Origin: Promethearchaeota archaeon
GTDB taxonomy: Archaea; Asgardarchaeota; Lokiarchaeia; Sigyniarchaeales; SOKP01
Reading direction: 5' to 3'
Length of the DNA: 19,216 bases
Assembly: GCA_011364975.1 (NCBI GenBank)
Contig: RDOE01000059.1
Coordinates: 1 to 19,216, forward strand
The position numbers and the translations under genes are program-made. The stretch's first letter is position 1; each line of letters starts with the position of its first letter. The notes under the pieces are model-generated. The model saw only the letters and a list, made by a program, of their open reading frames with translations, did not search any database and was not told where the DNA came from. Below, in pieces: positions 1-9,376 of this stretch.

Positions 1-233
1 TTTTTCTTATTTTGGGGTAAGCTTAAAATAAAAGAAATTTTACTCAAATATCTTTATGCAGTAGAATAATGCCTCTTCATTTTCTTAATTATTTATAAAA
101 AATTTTAAAAAGTAGAGAGCAAATAATTCTACTATTTAGCTAATTGAAAATCTGATTGGGATCTTAGGAAGAGAAAATTATATAGCTAAGAAAAAATAGG
201 AACACTATTTTAAAAAAATATGAAAAAGAATTT

Positions 234-1958
234 TTACACTCCATTTACAATTTTTACTTTTGGGGCGTATACATCCTGAACAGCGTAGTTATTGAAGTTT
301 ATACTATAATGATCCCGCCAGCTAGCTTTCACATCATCCAGCATCGCTTCCATAGTACTTTCTTTCACTTTTCCCTCCGCACAAAGCAAAGTACCCATTG
401 GGGTTGCCGTGACCTCTCCATCCTTAACTACAATCTGACCATCCTTTATCGTATACGCCGCTGCTGTAAATGCTTTCTCGATATCTTTACCTGTGTAGTT
501 GGTTGGATCCAAATTATAAACTGCTACATCTCCAATTGCTCCTACGCCTAAATGACCGCGATCTCTCATACCGAGAAGCTTCGCAGTTCCCGCTCGTGTG
601 ATAATACATAATTCATTCAATGTGTACTCGCGATCAATATCAGGTAATGAAGTAGCACTGCTTGCTTTATTCGACATATTCTTTAACATTTCCGCTCGAA
701 CTTTACCATCCATTAACCAACTATATGCCTGTGGATAACATGTGAATGGGCCCCCATTTGGATGATCTGTAGTAAACCCGAGCTTCCAAGGATCTTTGAT
801 CAACAACATCAATTCAAGACCTATCGCCCATTGAACTGCATTAACTCCAACTTGTGGACTAAAGAAATATGGTACTATACCAGAACCAGATTCTCCTTCT
901 ATTTGCCCATTAACCCATTTGACTCCTGGCTTAGCCCCCCAAGGACTCATTCCACCTAAATGATGGAGAGCGAATTCCCAAGGACCATCTCCTGTCATCG
1001 TGGTTGTTGCGTATTTAGTAAAAACAACTTGGCCACAATCCAAGGACATGTGATTGTGAGAATTAACATATTCTGCTATTTCAGATGCTCCAGACTCAAA
1101 ATTTCCCCAATTGGAACCTCCATATGCATTAAATTGACAATGAGTAACATGAAAACTTCGTTCTCTACCATTTTTATTGTTAGGCTCAATTCCTTCACAC
1201 AATTTAAACGTCTCTATTGAATGCTTATAATTCCCGGGATGCCCTAAGTTGTTACAATGAACATGAATGGAATGGGGTAATTGGAGCATTTCATTTACTT
1301 TAGCCAAGCTCTCGACGATCATTCTTGGCGTCACATCCCAGTGAACTACAGGGTCATCAATGCTTTCACAATTCTTTCCCCAAGCCCAATTTTCTACTCC
1401 GCCGGGATTAACAATCTTAATGGCATACCCTTTGGTCGCTTTGAGAATCCAGTTAATATAAGCCGCTAATTTTTCAAGATCGCCCTCTCGCACATACTTT
1501 AGAACAAACCAATTATTTCCATAAATGGGCATAGCAGCTTTATCGATGATGGGCATTTCAAGGAATTCTTCATGAGTATGTCTTGCTTCTAATAAAGGCA
1601 TTGCAGGTTCTATTACAGTGGTGAATCCTAATCTAGCATATCTATATCCTGTCACCCATGTAGATGGAACGGAAAAACCGGTACCCGCCCTTCTAAGTTT
1701 GGTTCGTTTTTCATTTGATTCAGGTACTTTATCCTCAGGTCGAAGCGCCCGTCCGACATTAACTTTAGCTCCTGCGATATGAGAATGGATATCCACGCCT
1801 CCAGGCATAACAATCATTCCAGAAGCATCTATTATTTTAGCATCTCCGTTAACTTTAGCAACAATCTTACCATCTTTGATGTGAATTTCTTTTTTTTCGC
1901 CATCTATGTTATTGATTGGATCAAAAACTACGCCATTTTTAATGATTAAATCGCTCAT
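234..1958 (-). CDS. fwdA: Formylmethanofuran dehydrogenase subunit A (amidohydrolase fold)
   Basis: 574 aa. Motifs PGGVDIHSHIAG, TGYRYARLGFTT, ARHTHEE, KIVNPGGVENW, HVHCNNLGHPGN, TTDHPNGGPF and ITRAGTAKLLG are typical of FwdA/FmdA. AAGGA lies upstream of the ATG. Confidence 0.95.
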   Translation of the reverse strand: MSDLIIKNGVVFDPINNIDGEKKEIHIKDGKIVAKVNGDAKIIDASGMIVMPGGVDIHSHIAGAKVNVGRALRPEDKVPESNEKRTKLRRAGTGFSVPSTWVTGYRYARLGFTTVIEPAMPLLEARHTHEEFLEMPIIDKAAMPIYGNNWFVLKYVREGDLEKLAAYINWILKATKGYAIKIVNPGGVENWAWGKNCESIDDPVVHWDVTPRMIVESLAKVNEMLQLPHSIHVHCNNLGHPGNYKHSIETFKLCEGIEPNNKNGRERSFHVTHCQFNAYGGSNWGNFESGASEIAEYVNSHNHMSLDCGQVVFTKYATTTMTGDGPWEFALHHLGGMSPWGAKPGVKWVNGQIEGESGSGIVPYFFSPQVGVNAVQWAIGLELMLLIKDPWKLGFTTDHPNGGPFTCYPQAYSWLMDGKVRAEMLKNMSNKASSATSLPDIDREYTLNELCIITRAGTAKLLGMRDRGHLGVGAIGDVAVYNLDPTNYTGKDIEKAFTAAAYTIKDGQIVVKDGEVTATPMGTLLCAEGKVKESTMEAMLDDVKASWRDHYSINFNNYAVQDVYAPKVKIVNGV

Positions 1959-2141
1959 AATAAATATCCTTATTCAAACTATAGTTTTAATTAATATTAA
2001 ATCGATAACGTAAATCGAACTAGTTCTATTAATGATAAAAATCTATTGGTTTTAAAAAGATTTATTATTTGATTTAAGTTGTTTAATTAATTTGATTTTA
2101 CAATTTAAAAGATTGGGTTAATAAAAAGTAAAAAAGAGAAT

Positions 2142-2492
2142 TTAGAATTTAAATAAAGTTACACTTCGGGCGGGGGGTGCCATTCCTAAAATTTTATACC
2201 CTTCTTTAAAATCCATCATGATTTCAAGTTTATATTTACATCCCTCAATTCCAGCAGCTAAGAATAAATTTTGCTGGGTACCAAGTTGCAAAGCTTCTGC
2301 CACTTTTCCTTTAGCTGCTTCTGATATACCTATGGCTACAATATTTCCATCTTCTGTTGATCTGATGCCTATACACAAGGTTTTTTCAATAGTGGGATCT
2401 GGAGGGTTATCTTTTAACCATTCTATATATCTCTTTGCAACCATATTTGCTTGATTAGGAGGAAAAATAACTTGGTTATACATTAAAACCAT
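2142..2492 (-). CDS. Small hypothetical soluble protein (~116 aa)
   Basis: Clean ORF with globular composition. The ORF-track GTG at 2501 is part of an AGGTGA SD motif 5 nt before ATG 2492, so the start was moved to 2492. Confidence 0.75.
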   Translation of the reverse strand: MVLMYNQVIFPPNQANMVAKRYIEWLKDNPPDPTIEKTLCIGIRSTEDGNIVAIGISEAAKGKVAEALQLGTQQNLFLAAGIEGCKYKLEIMMDFKEGYKILGMAPPARSVTLFKF

Positions 2493-2695
2493 TTTCTTCA
2501 CCTTTTTTTTTAAAAAATTGGATTACACGGTGAATATTACTATATCAAGATTCAATAAGCATCTTTACAATTTTGTAAATATCAATATTACTTTATTGAA
2601 CAGATGGGAAATTAATAACTTCTTGAAGAAAAATAAAAAAAAACATTTTTTTTTAAAATAGTTCTAAATTAGGAAGATAAGGTGCTCATATTTTA

Positions 2696-2712
2696 ACAAA
2701 CTTTATATATAA
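2696..2712 (+). promoter_or_regulatory. Possible archaeal BRE/TATA promoter for the 2784 gene
   Basis: ACAAAC-TTTATATATAA about 75 nt upstream of the ATG. Weak evidence because the background is very AT-rich. Confidence 0.3.
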
Positions 2713-2783
2713 TTTAAACAAAAATGTTAAATAACAAATTTTTATTTTATACATTTTTATCAAAAAAATTATAGGTTAGAATA

Positions 2784-3194
2784 ATGGTTGAAAAGAATTT
2801 TAGAGTAGGGGCAATTCTCGGGTTAATCGGGAGCGTAATTTTATTAATAGTGGGATTGGCAGGAATAGCATTGTTACGTGCAGTTTATATGGGTGGATCA
2901 AGTTATCCCTACTTTCTTAATTATATCTCATCAGGCACTACAATTGCTTGGAGCGCTATTGGTTTATACGGTGTGGTTAAAATGTATAAAGAAGATGACA
3001 TTGGTAAGAAAATTCTCTTAATTGCGGCAGTGGGTGGAATTCTCGCTACATTTATACCTATTTATTTTTACGATGCGGGATATGGGTATATTCAAACTTT
3101 TTATTTAAGCGGTACATTTGTATATATTGATCTAGTTTTAATGTTGGTTGGGGCAATTCTCAGTTTTGCTTTAGCTGGAAAAAGAGAAATGTAA
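2784..3194 (+). CDS. Hypothetical 4-TM membrane protein
   Basis: 136 aa with four Gly-rich hydrophobic segments. AGGT upstream of the ATG and T-tracts downstream. Confidence 0.8.
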   Translation: MVEKNFRVGAILGLIGSVILLIVGLAGIALLRAVYMGGSSYPYFLNYISSGTTIAWSAIGLYGVVKMYKEDDIGKKILLIAAVGGILATFIPIYFYDAGYGYIQTFYLSGTFVYIDLVLMLVGAILSFALAGKREM

Positions 3195-3199
3195 ATAAA

Positions 3200-3225
3200 T
3201 TATTTTTTTTTATAATTTTTTTTTA
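3200..3225 (+). terminator. Oligo-T archaeal-type terminator
   Basis: Two long T runs immediately after the stop codon at 3194. Confidence 0.4.
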
Positions 3226-3387
3226 TAGAAAGAATTCACGCGATTTAATAAAAAGCTTCTTTAAATTCAGGTTTATTCTTATATTTCATTAGTAATATTG
3301 AAAGATCAAAAGATCGGTTAAATTTTTTGAGATTCAAAGGCACCAATTATATAAAAGTAAAGAGAGAAAATTAAATAGCAATTCTTA

Positions 3388-4767
3388 TTATAACTTTAAT
3401 TCTGTAAGTTTCAATGCATTTTCATTAATCTTCTCTTCAGTTAAACGATAGAATTTCCAGAAGAGAAGTGATCCGATAAACATGAAAATCATTGGAAATA
3501 TGGACATTTGCATTCTTAGCCCAAACAATTGAAGCGGTTCTGTTGCGCCTAATTCATAACCAGAAAGAGTTCTAACGATCCAATAAACTAAAGCATTTAT
3601 TGCAATACTTATTCGATTGAAGAACACATTTGTTCCGTTATATAAACCTTCTTTTCTTTGACCAGTTCGAATAGCAGCAGCATCAATTATAGCAGAAAAA
3701 AGTGGCATTGTCATGCTTATTATCGCTCCATCGGTTACTCCAAAACATAATAACACTATAATCATTATAGGAAGTCCATCTGGTCCATATGGGATGGATA
3801 TAATCGGAATTGCAATAAAGAACATTAATATCCCCCCCAATAACGCTACTTTTTTAATCCCAATCTTGAGAGAGAGTTTGTACCACAAATATGCCCCGGG
3901 AAAAACTGCAAGGATGTAGAAAATTACTATTAATTCACCTAAGACAGGTAATAATAAGATGTCTTGGACAAACCAAGGAACTGACCCCATCACAATACCC
4001 ATTGTTGTACCATAGCAGGTATATAATGCTATATAAGCGATTAAATTTTTATCTTTAATTATTGAAAATAAATTTTTAAAAAATGAAATCTTTTCCATAG
4101 AGACATTAAGTTGGGCACGCCTCTGTTTCATTTCTTCATCTTCACGAACTCCTGGGATCATAAAAAAGATCAATATGATTCCTATTACTGAAATAATAAT
4201 CGCTTGAGTGAAGTAACCCAATCCTGGACCCATTAGTTCTAAAATTAATATAGGGATTATCACTCCCAATATTACACCGACGGTTTCTAAGATGACTGTA
4301 ATAAATCCCGCTATTTTCCTGTCTTGCGGTTCACGGAACTTATCCGGAAATAAAGCAATTCTATTTACATCAAACAAAGAAAAAGCCGTATCATTAGTAC
4401 ATTGAACTATTAAATACCAAAAAAATAAACCAAATTGACCTATTAACAAAGCAGAAGGCGCAGCAAAGAAAAAAATAGGCATTAAAGCCCATGGAAAGAC
4501 TCCCATGATTATAAATGGAAACCTTTTTCCCCATCGTTTTGTAAATCGCGTTGAGCGATCACTTAAATGTCCCAAAATTGGATCATTAAACATGTTAACA
4601 AGTGTAAAAATTATTAGTGCTATAAAGTATAGCGATACATCTAATCCAAGGATATCAAGAAAAAAAGCTGGCATTTGAATGGCATATAACTGGCTAAACA
4701 TTAAACCAATTAAATTTCCTAACTGGAAAGATGCCATAATTTTTTTTGGATATCTTTTTACTTCCAA
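3388..4767 (-). CDS. MFS transporter, glycoside-pentoside-hexuronide (MelB/GPH-like) family
   Basis: 459 aa with about 12 TM segments. Motifs NDPILGHLSDR, RWGKRFPF and IIDxxxxxTGQRKEGLY. AAGTGA SD 6 nt before the TTG start. Confidence 0.9.
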   Translation of the reverse strand: MEVKRYPKKIMASFQLGNLIGLMFSQLYAIQMPAFFLDILGLDVSLYFIALIIFTLVNMFNDPILGHLSDRSTRFTKRWGKRFPFIIMGVFPWALMPIFFFAAPSALLIGQFGLFFWYLIVQCTNDTAFSLFDVNRIALFPDKFREPQDRKIAGFITVILETVGVILGVIIPILILELMGPGLGYFTQAIIISVIGIILIFFMIPGVREDEEMKQRRAQLNVSMEKISFFKNLFSIIKDKNLIAYIALYTCYGTTMGIVMGSVPWFVQDILLLPVLGELIVIFYILAVFPGAYLWYKLSLKIGIKKVALLGGILMFFIAIPIISIPYGPDGLPIMIIVLLCFGVTDGAIISMTMPLFSAIIDAAAIRTGQRKEGLYNGTNVFFNRISIAINALVYWIVRTLSGYELGATEPLQLFGLRMQMSIFPMIFMFIGSLLFWKFYRLTEEKINENALKLTELKL

Positions 4768-4953
4768 TTATGTTCACTTAATAATTTAAAATTTTTAGTT
4801 ATCAAATAATTAATATTGATATATTTCAATATAAAGCTTTTCTGAATAAGCTTATCTAATTGAAACATTAAAATAAAAAGATTGGTTATCTACTACTATA
4901 TAACGGGGAGATTTTTTTCTTTGTTAAATTAAGCATTTAAAAGTTGATGCAAT

Positions 4954-6078
4954 ATATCGTTAAATAATAGAATTAAAACGTTTTTATATAACCAAGGAGC
5001 ATTAAAAGTTGGATATGCGACAAAAGATTCCCTTAAAGGAGGCCCCTCTACTGTTGATTTTACTTATTCTTTACTCGAAGGCAAATCAGTGGTATGCTTT
5101 GCTCTCCCTTTAGACAAAGAAAAAATACGTGCATTTTTGCGGAAGGATTTACCAAATGGTCGGAGAGGGCATGAACTAGATAATATTGAAACCAATATTC
5201 ATGTTTTTAAAATTGCTATTAAATTAACTGATTATCTTAACAGTTTAGGGTATAAAGCAAAGCCAATTTTTCCAAATTATAAATATCGAGAAGATGTTCC
5301 TGGATGGGAAATAAATATGATTCCCGAACTAAGCTTAAAATTAATTGCAGCAAGATCAGGAGTGGGCTCTATTGGATTATCTGGTAATTTAGGCTTGAAA
5401 GGGTATGGCGCTACTATAATTTTAGGAGGCGTTGTTACAGATGCTTTACTCCAAGCAACTGATCCTATCCCTCAAGAAGAATCTTTTTGTAATGAGTGTA
5501 GGCTATGCCAAAAAGTATGTGCCTTCAGAATGTTTGGAACTGATGAAATGGAATCTATTGATATTGGTGGGTATACATTTTCTTGTGCCAAGCGAATTAA
5601 TCTTACGAGATGTCAGATTGTATGTAGCGGTCTTTCTGGATTGGATAAGTCGGGCCAATGGTCAACTTGGTCTCCTGGACGATATGATTATCCTGAAACC
5701 GATAAAGAAGTTATGCGTTTATTGGCAATAGCGGTTAATAATAGCTCAAAGTGGCCCGATGATGGCACAGAAATTGGGATGGAAATTGCGAATTTAGAAG
5801 AAGATGAAGAATTATCTATGGTTTTAGGGAATGATAAAGAAAAATTATTTACTATGATAAAAAACACCAAACTAACCTGTGGGAATTGTCAATTAATATG
5901 TTGGGGATATCCAAAATTAACCAAAGAAAATTTCGAAATTCTTACTAATTCGGGATGTATCGTTCAAAATGAAACGGGAGAACTTCTGGTGTTATCTCCT
6001 AACAAAGCAGAAAAAGTGTTCAGTAAAATGAATCCTGAACATCAAAGATTATATTATAAGAAGATTCGTAGATTTTAG
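4954..6078 (+). CDS. Epoxyqueuosine reductase (QueG)/reductive dehalogenase-like Fe-S protein, probably cobamide-binding; predicted ATA start
   Basis: AARSGVGSIGLSGNL followed by CNECRLCQKVC and CGNCQLIC. The frame extends upstream of GTG 5089 (SLNNRIKTFLYNQGALKVGYATKDSLKGGPSTVDFTYSLLEGKSVVCF) to TGA 4945-4947. ATA 4954 follows AGTTGA by 6 nt. Confidence 0.75.
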   Translation: MSLNNRIKTFLYNQGALKVGYATKDSLKGGPSTVDFTYSLLEGKSVVCFALPLDKEKIRAFLRKDLPNGRRGHELDNIETNIHVFKIAIKLTDYLNSLGYKAKPIFPNYKYREDVPGWEINMIPELSLKLIAARSGVGSIGLSGNLGLKGYGATIILGGVVTDALLQATDPIPQEESFCNECRLCQKVCAFRMFGTDEMESIDIGGYTFSCAKRINLTRCQIVCSGLSGLDKSGQWSTWSPGRYDYPETDKEVMRLLAIAVNNSSKWPDDGTEIGMEIANLEEDEELSMVLGNDKEKLFTMIKNTKLTCGNCQLICWGYPKLTKENFEILTNSGCIVQNETGELLVLSPNKAEKVFSKMNPEHQRLYYKKIRRF

Positions 6079-6275
6079 TATTTATCCTAGAACATTTCCT
6101 ATTCATTTTGTTAAGAAATATATGAGAAATTAGAGTTGGGCTTATTAAGTTGCTTAAATTCATTATTAATTAAATCTAATAAGCATATTTGCAATCTCAG
6201 GAAAATGTACAGGTTAAATGGGCCAATTTGAATTTGTTAAAAATTATATAAATAATTATAATTTGAGATTTTTAA

Positions 6276-6359
6276 ATGAGTATTGGAAAAACATTATCAA
6301 TTGTTGGATGTATTTTTAGAATACTAGGTCTAATTTTAACTCGAGATTATAAATATTAA
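6276..6359 (+). pseudogene. 27-codon ORF resembling the first TM helix of a membrane-protein paralogue (remnant or micro-protein)
   Basis: MSIGKTLSIVGCIFRILGLILTRDYKY* resembles the N-terminus of the downstream gene (MESGKLFAILGGILTLVG). Confidence 0.4.
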
Positions 6360-6530
6360 AAATATCTTATTTTTTTAATAAAATATTCTCCACAATCATA
6401 TTTTAAATGAATTTAAATACATAAAAATGTAAAAATTTAAAAGATTTAACTTAGATTTTTATATTACATTTATTTTATAATGCATATCAATTATTTTTTG
6501 TAATTATTTAATATAACAGTGGTGAAAAAA

Positions 6531-7028
6531 ATGGAATCAGGTAAATTATTTGCCATTTTAGGAGGAATACTTACTTTAGTCGGAACATATGTATTTGCTG
6601 TATATGGTACTGCTGGTGTTTATGCAGCATCAGGAATCGGATTTATAATGAATATCCCAGACTTATTTACGAACGCTGATGCTATTGCAATCTTATTAGG
6701 TACACAAGTATGGCTTTATTACATTCTATTAATTATATTCATTGTTTTCTTAGCTGCCGGGGTTCTGCAAATAGTCGGTATGAACTCAAAAGTGTTAAGT
6801 TTAATCTTTGCTCTCTTTCCACTAGGTGTTGGATTAATGTTTATTTTTCTAGAATACACGGATTTCCTTGGAATTAAAAGTTTATTTTTTGCTCTTATGT
6901 TTGCTGGGGAACATTATGCTGATTTCTATCCAATAATTGTTAACTTAGGCACTCTTGGATTGGGTGTTTATTTAACATTAGGTGGTGGAGTTTTAGGTTT
7001 TATTAGCGTTTTCTTACCAAGAGATTAG
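6531..7028 (+). CDS. Hypothetical multi-pass membrane protein (~165 aa)
   Basis: About four hydrophobic helices. GGTGA (6521-6525) lies 5 nt before ATG 6531, so the start was moved from 6519. Confidence 0.8.
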   Translation: MESGKLFAILGGILTLVGTYVFAVYGTAGVYAASGIGFIMNIPDLFTNADAIAILLGTQVWLYYILLIIFIVFLAAGVLQIVGMNSKVLSLIFALFPLGVGLMFIFLEYTDFLGIKSLFFALMFAGEHYADFYPIIVNLGTLGLGVYLTLGGGVLGFISVFLPRD

Positions 7029-7050
7029 CTTAATCTCAAAAATTTTAATC

Positions 7051-7725
7051 TCAATTTTTTTCTTTTATTAATTTTGTATCCAATTCTTCCATATCACTAG
7101 GTTTATTTAAGTTTTTGAAAGATATTAGTTCTGGATCATAACTGCGGATTTCCTGCTCTATAGATACATATCGAATCTTCCATTTTTGACTTATAATATT
7201 TGTTAATTTGTACTTTTTTTTTTCTAAACTATATTTAGCTGTCTTGTAAGCTTTTTTTATTGGATAAATAGTAAATAAAGGTTCAACAAAACCATTATCC
7301 CATCTTGGAATACACAGGTCATATCCATGAGATATTTTTATGAGAAATTTTAAGACTTCCGGTTTAATGAAGGGATTATCACATGATAATACAAATCCTT
7401 TCTCATATCCAAGATTAGTTAATTCTTTAAAAAGCGAATATAAACCTAACATAGGTGTTCGTAAATTTTTTTCAGAAGATATTTTATTATCATCAATTAT
7501 AAAACCCATTAATTTAGAATAATCGATTTTATCAATATAACTTTGAACCTGTTCTTGAGAATTTGCAACTAAAAAGATATCCTTCGCTAAATTTAATATT
7601 GCTTCAATTTGGTAACTAACAAAAGGTTTACCTTTATATTCATATAATCCTTTATCAGTGCCTAACCGATTACTTTTTCCACCAATTAATATTGCAAAAG
7701 TTAGGTATTTATTTCTATCTCTAAT
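7051..7725 (-). CDS. mobA: Molybdenum/tungsten cofactor guanylyltransferase; predicted ATT start
   Basis: The in-frame extension upstream of 7509 holds the MobA N-terminal GTP-binding motif AILIGGKSNRLGTDKG. The C-terminal part has LSCDNPFI, EPLFTIY and FKNLNKPSD. Full length is 224 aa from ATT 7725, with an in-frame TAA at 7738-7740. Confidence 0.9.
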   Translation of the reverse strand: MRDRNKYLTFAILIGGKSNRLGTDKGLYEYKGKPFVSYQIEAILNLAKDIFLVANSQEQVQSYIDKIDYSKLMGFIIDDNKISSEKNLRTPMLGLYSLFKELTNLGYEKGFVLSCDNPFIKPEVLKFLIKISHGYDLCIPRWDNGFVEPLFTIYPIKKAYKTAKYSLEKKKYKLTNIISQKWKIRYVSIEQEIRSYDPELISFKNLNKPSDMEELDTKLIKEKN

Positions 7726-7851
7726 GTTCTTGAAACCTTACTCACAAAATCTTAATATTCTATTAAACTAATGATTAAAAATTATTATACATTAAATTTA
7801 ATTGTAGTTAAAGTAGAAATTAAATTACTTTTTCTTAATTGTTCTAATAAT

Positions 7852-9375
7852 ATGAAATTAAAAAGGAACAGAGTTCTGAGAAGAGATAAACCTTTAGATC
7901 ATTGTGCAGTTTTCGGCGTTGCTTCTAATGATATTAACTATTCTATTACTAAACTTCTCTATAGTGGCCTAATAGCTCAACAACATAGAGGTCAAGAATC
8001 CACTGGTATATCTTTACTACAATCTGGGGGCAAATTATTCACTTATAAACGAACTGGTTTAGTGTCAAAAGTATTAAACAGTAAAGTTATATCTAAATAT
8101 TGGGGAAATGTAGGTATAGGTCATAATAGATATGCAACGACAGGTTCACAAACTTATATATCCTCAGAATATTTACAGCCATTTCATTTCAAGAATAACG
8201 AAATAGAATTCAGTTTAGCATTTAATGGAACTATCGCTAATTATGCAGATTTGAAAGAAAAGTTAGAAGAGATGGGACGAGTATTCGTTACAAATACCGA
8301 TACAGAAGTTATGGCCCAACTAATAGCCTCAATTGCATTGAGCAACGATAGCTGGCCAGAGATACTAGAAAATGCGAGTAAATTTTTTGATGGTTCATAT
8401 TCGTTAGTAATATTGACATCCAATGGAGATATATATGCAATAAGAGATCCTTTAGGTTTTAAACCGCTTTGCTTAGGAACAATACCTTCAGATGTTAGGA
8501 AAATTTATTTAGTTTCATCAGAATCCTGTGCTATTGATGCTGTTGGAGGAAAACTTATAAGAGATGTAGAACCTGGAGAAATTGTACATTTAAGTTTAGA
8601 AAAAGGTATACATTCTGAGAATATATTAAAAAATAATAGAAAAGCTTTGTGTCAGTTCGAGTTTGTATATTTTGCACGACCAGATTCAGTCATTGACGGT
8701 GTCTCAGTTGCTAAAACCAGATTAGAGTTGGGAAAACATTTAGCTATAAATGATCCTATCTTAGAAGATCCTGAATTTCGAGAAAATGCTATTGTAATAC
8801 CAGTACCCGATTCTGGTCGTAGTGCGGCTGTAGGGTATGCAAAGCAATCAGGATTACCATATGTAGAAGGATTAATGAAGAATCGCTATGTATGGAGAAC
8901 ATTTATTATGCCCGGTCAGAAAAAAAGAGAAGCTGCAGTAAAAGAAAAATTAAATCCTATTCGTAGTGTTATAGAAGGGAAACATGTTATTATATTAGAT
9001 GATTCTATTGTAAGAGGGACCACAACGGAGAAAATAATTAACTTAATAAGAGAAGCCGGAGCAAAAACAGTTAACGTACGAATAAGTTGTCCACCTGTTA
9101 GAAGTCCTTGCTATATGGGCATTGATTTTCCCACTACTGATGAATTAATTGCTGGAAGATATCTCAAGATATTTGGAAGAGAAGAATTCATTGAAGAAAT
9201 CCGAAAAAAAATAGGCGCGGATACTTTAAGGTATCAAACAATTGACGATTTAGTTGACTCAATAGGCAAAGGAAAAAGTCAATTATGTATGGCATGTTTA
9301 ACTGGAGAATATCCTTTAAAATCCGTTGTTAAAATTGCAGATTTAGAAAAATCAATTGCCATGGATAGATGTTAA
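7852..9375 (+). CDS. purF: Amidophosphoribosyltransferase, canonical Fe-S/propeptide type
   Basis: Propeptide followed by catalytic Cys (DHCAVFG), then QHRGQES, GHNRYATTG, CQFEFVYFARPDS, PVPDSG, DDSIVRGTT, PCYMGID and CMACLTGEYP. ATG 7852 is preferred over 7771. Confidence 0.95.
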   Translation: MKLKRNRVLRRDKPLDHCAVFGVASNDINYSITKLLYSGLIAQQHRGQESTGISLLQSGGKLFTYKRTGLVSKVLNSKVISKYWGNVGIGHNRYATTGSQTYISSEYLQPFHFKNNEIEFSLAFNGTIANYADLKEKLEEMGRVFVTNTDTEVMAQLIASIALSNDSWPEILENASKFFDGSYSLVILTSNGDIYAIRDPLGFKPLCLGTIPSDVRKIYLVSSESCAIDAVGGKLIRDVEPGEIVHLSLEKGIHSENILKNNRKALCQFEFVYFARPDSVIDGVSVAKTRLELGKHLAINDPILEDPEFRENAIVIPVPDSGRSAAVGYAKQSGLPYVEGLMKNRYVWRTFIMPGQKKREAAVKEKLNPIRSVIEGKHVIILDDSIVRGTTTEKIINLIREAGAKTVNVRISCPPVRSPCYMGIDFPTTDELIAGRYLKIFGREEFIEEIRKKIGADTLRYQTIDDLVDSIGKGKSQLCMACLTGEYPLKSVVKIADLEKSIAMDRC

Positions 9376-9376
9376 G

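Noticed and set aside
3-37. Hairpin at the left edge
   Set aside because: Almost entirely A-T/G-T pairs with a bulge, which is expected by chance at this composition.
7771-7851. Long N-terminal extension of purF
   Set aside because: Low-complexity AT-rich sequence within the divergent mobA/purF promoter region. ATG 7852 gives a plausible propeptide length.
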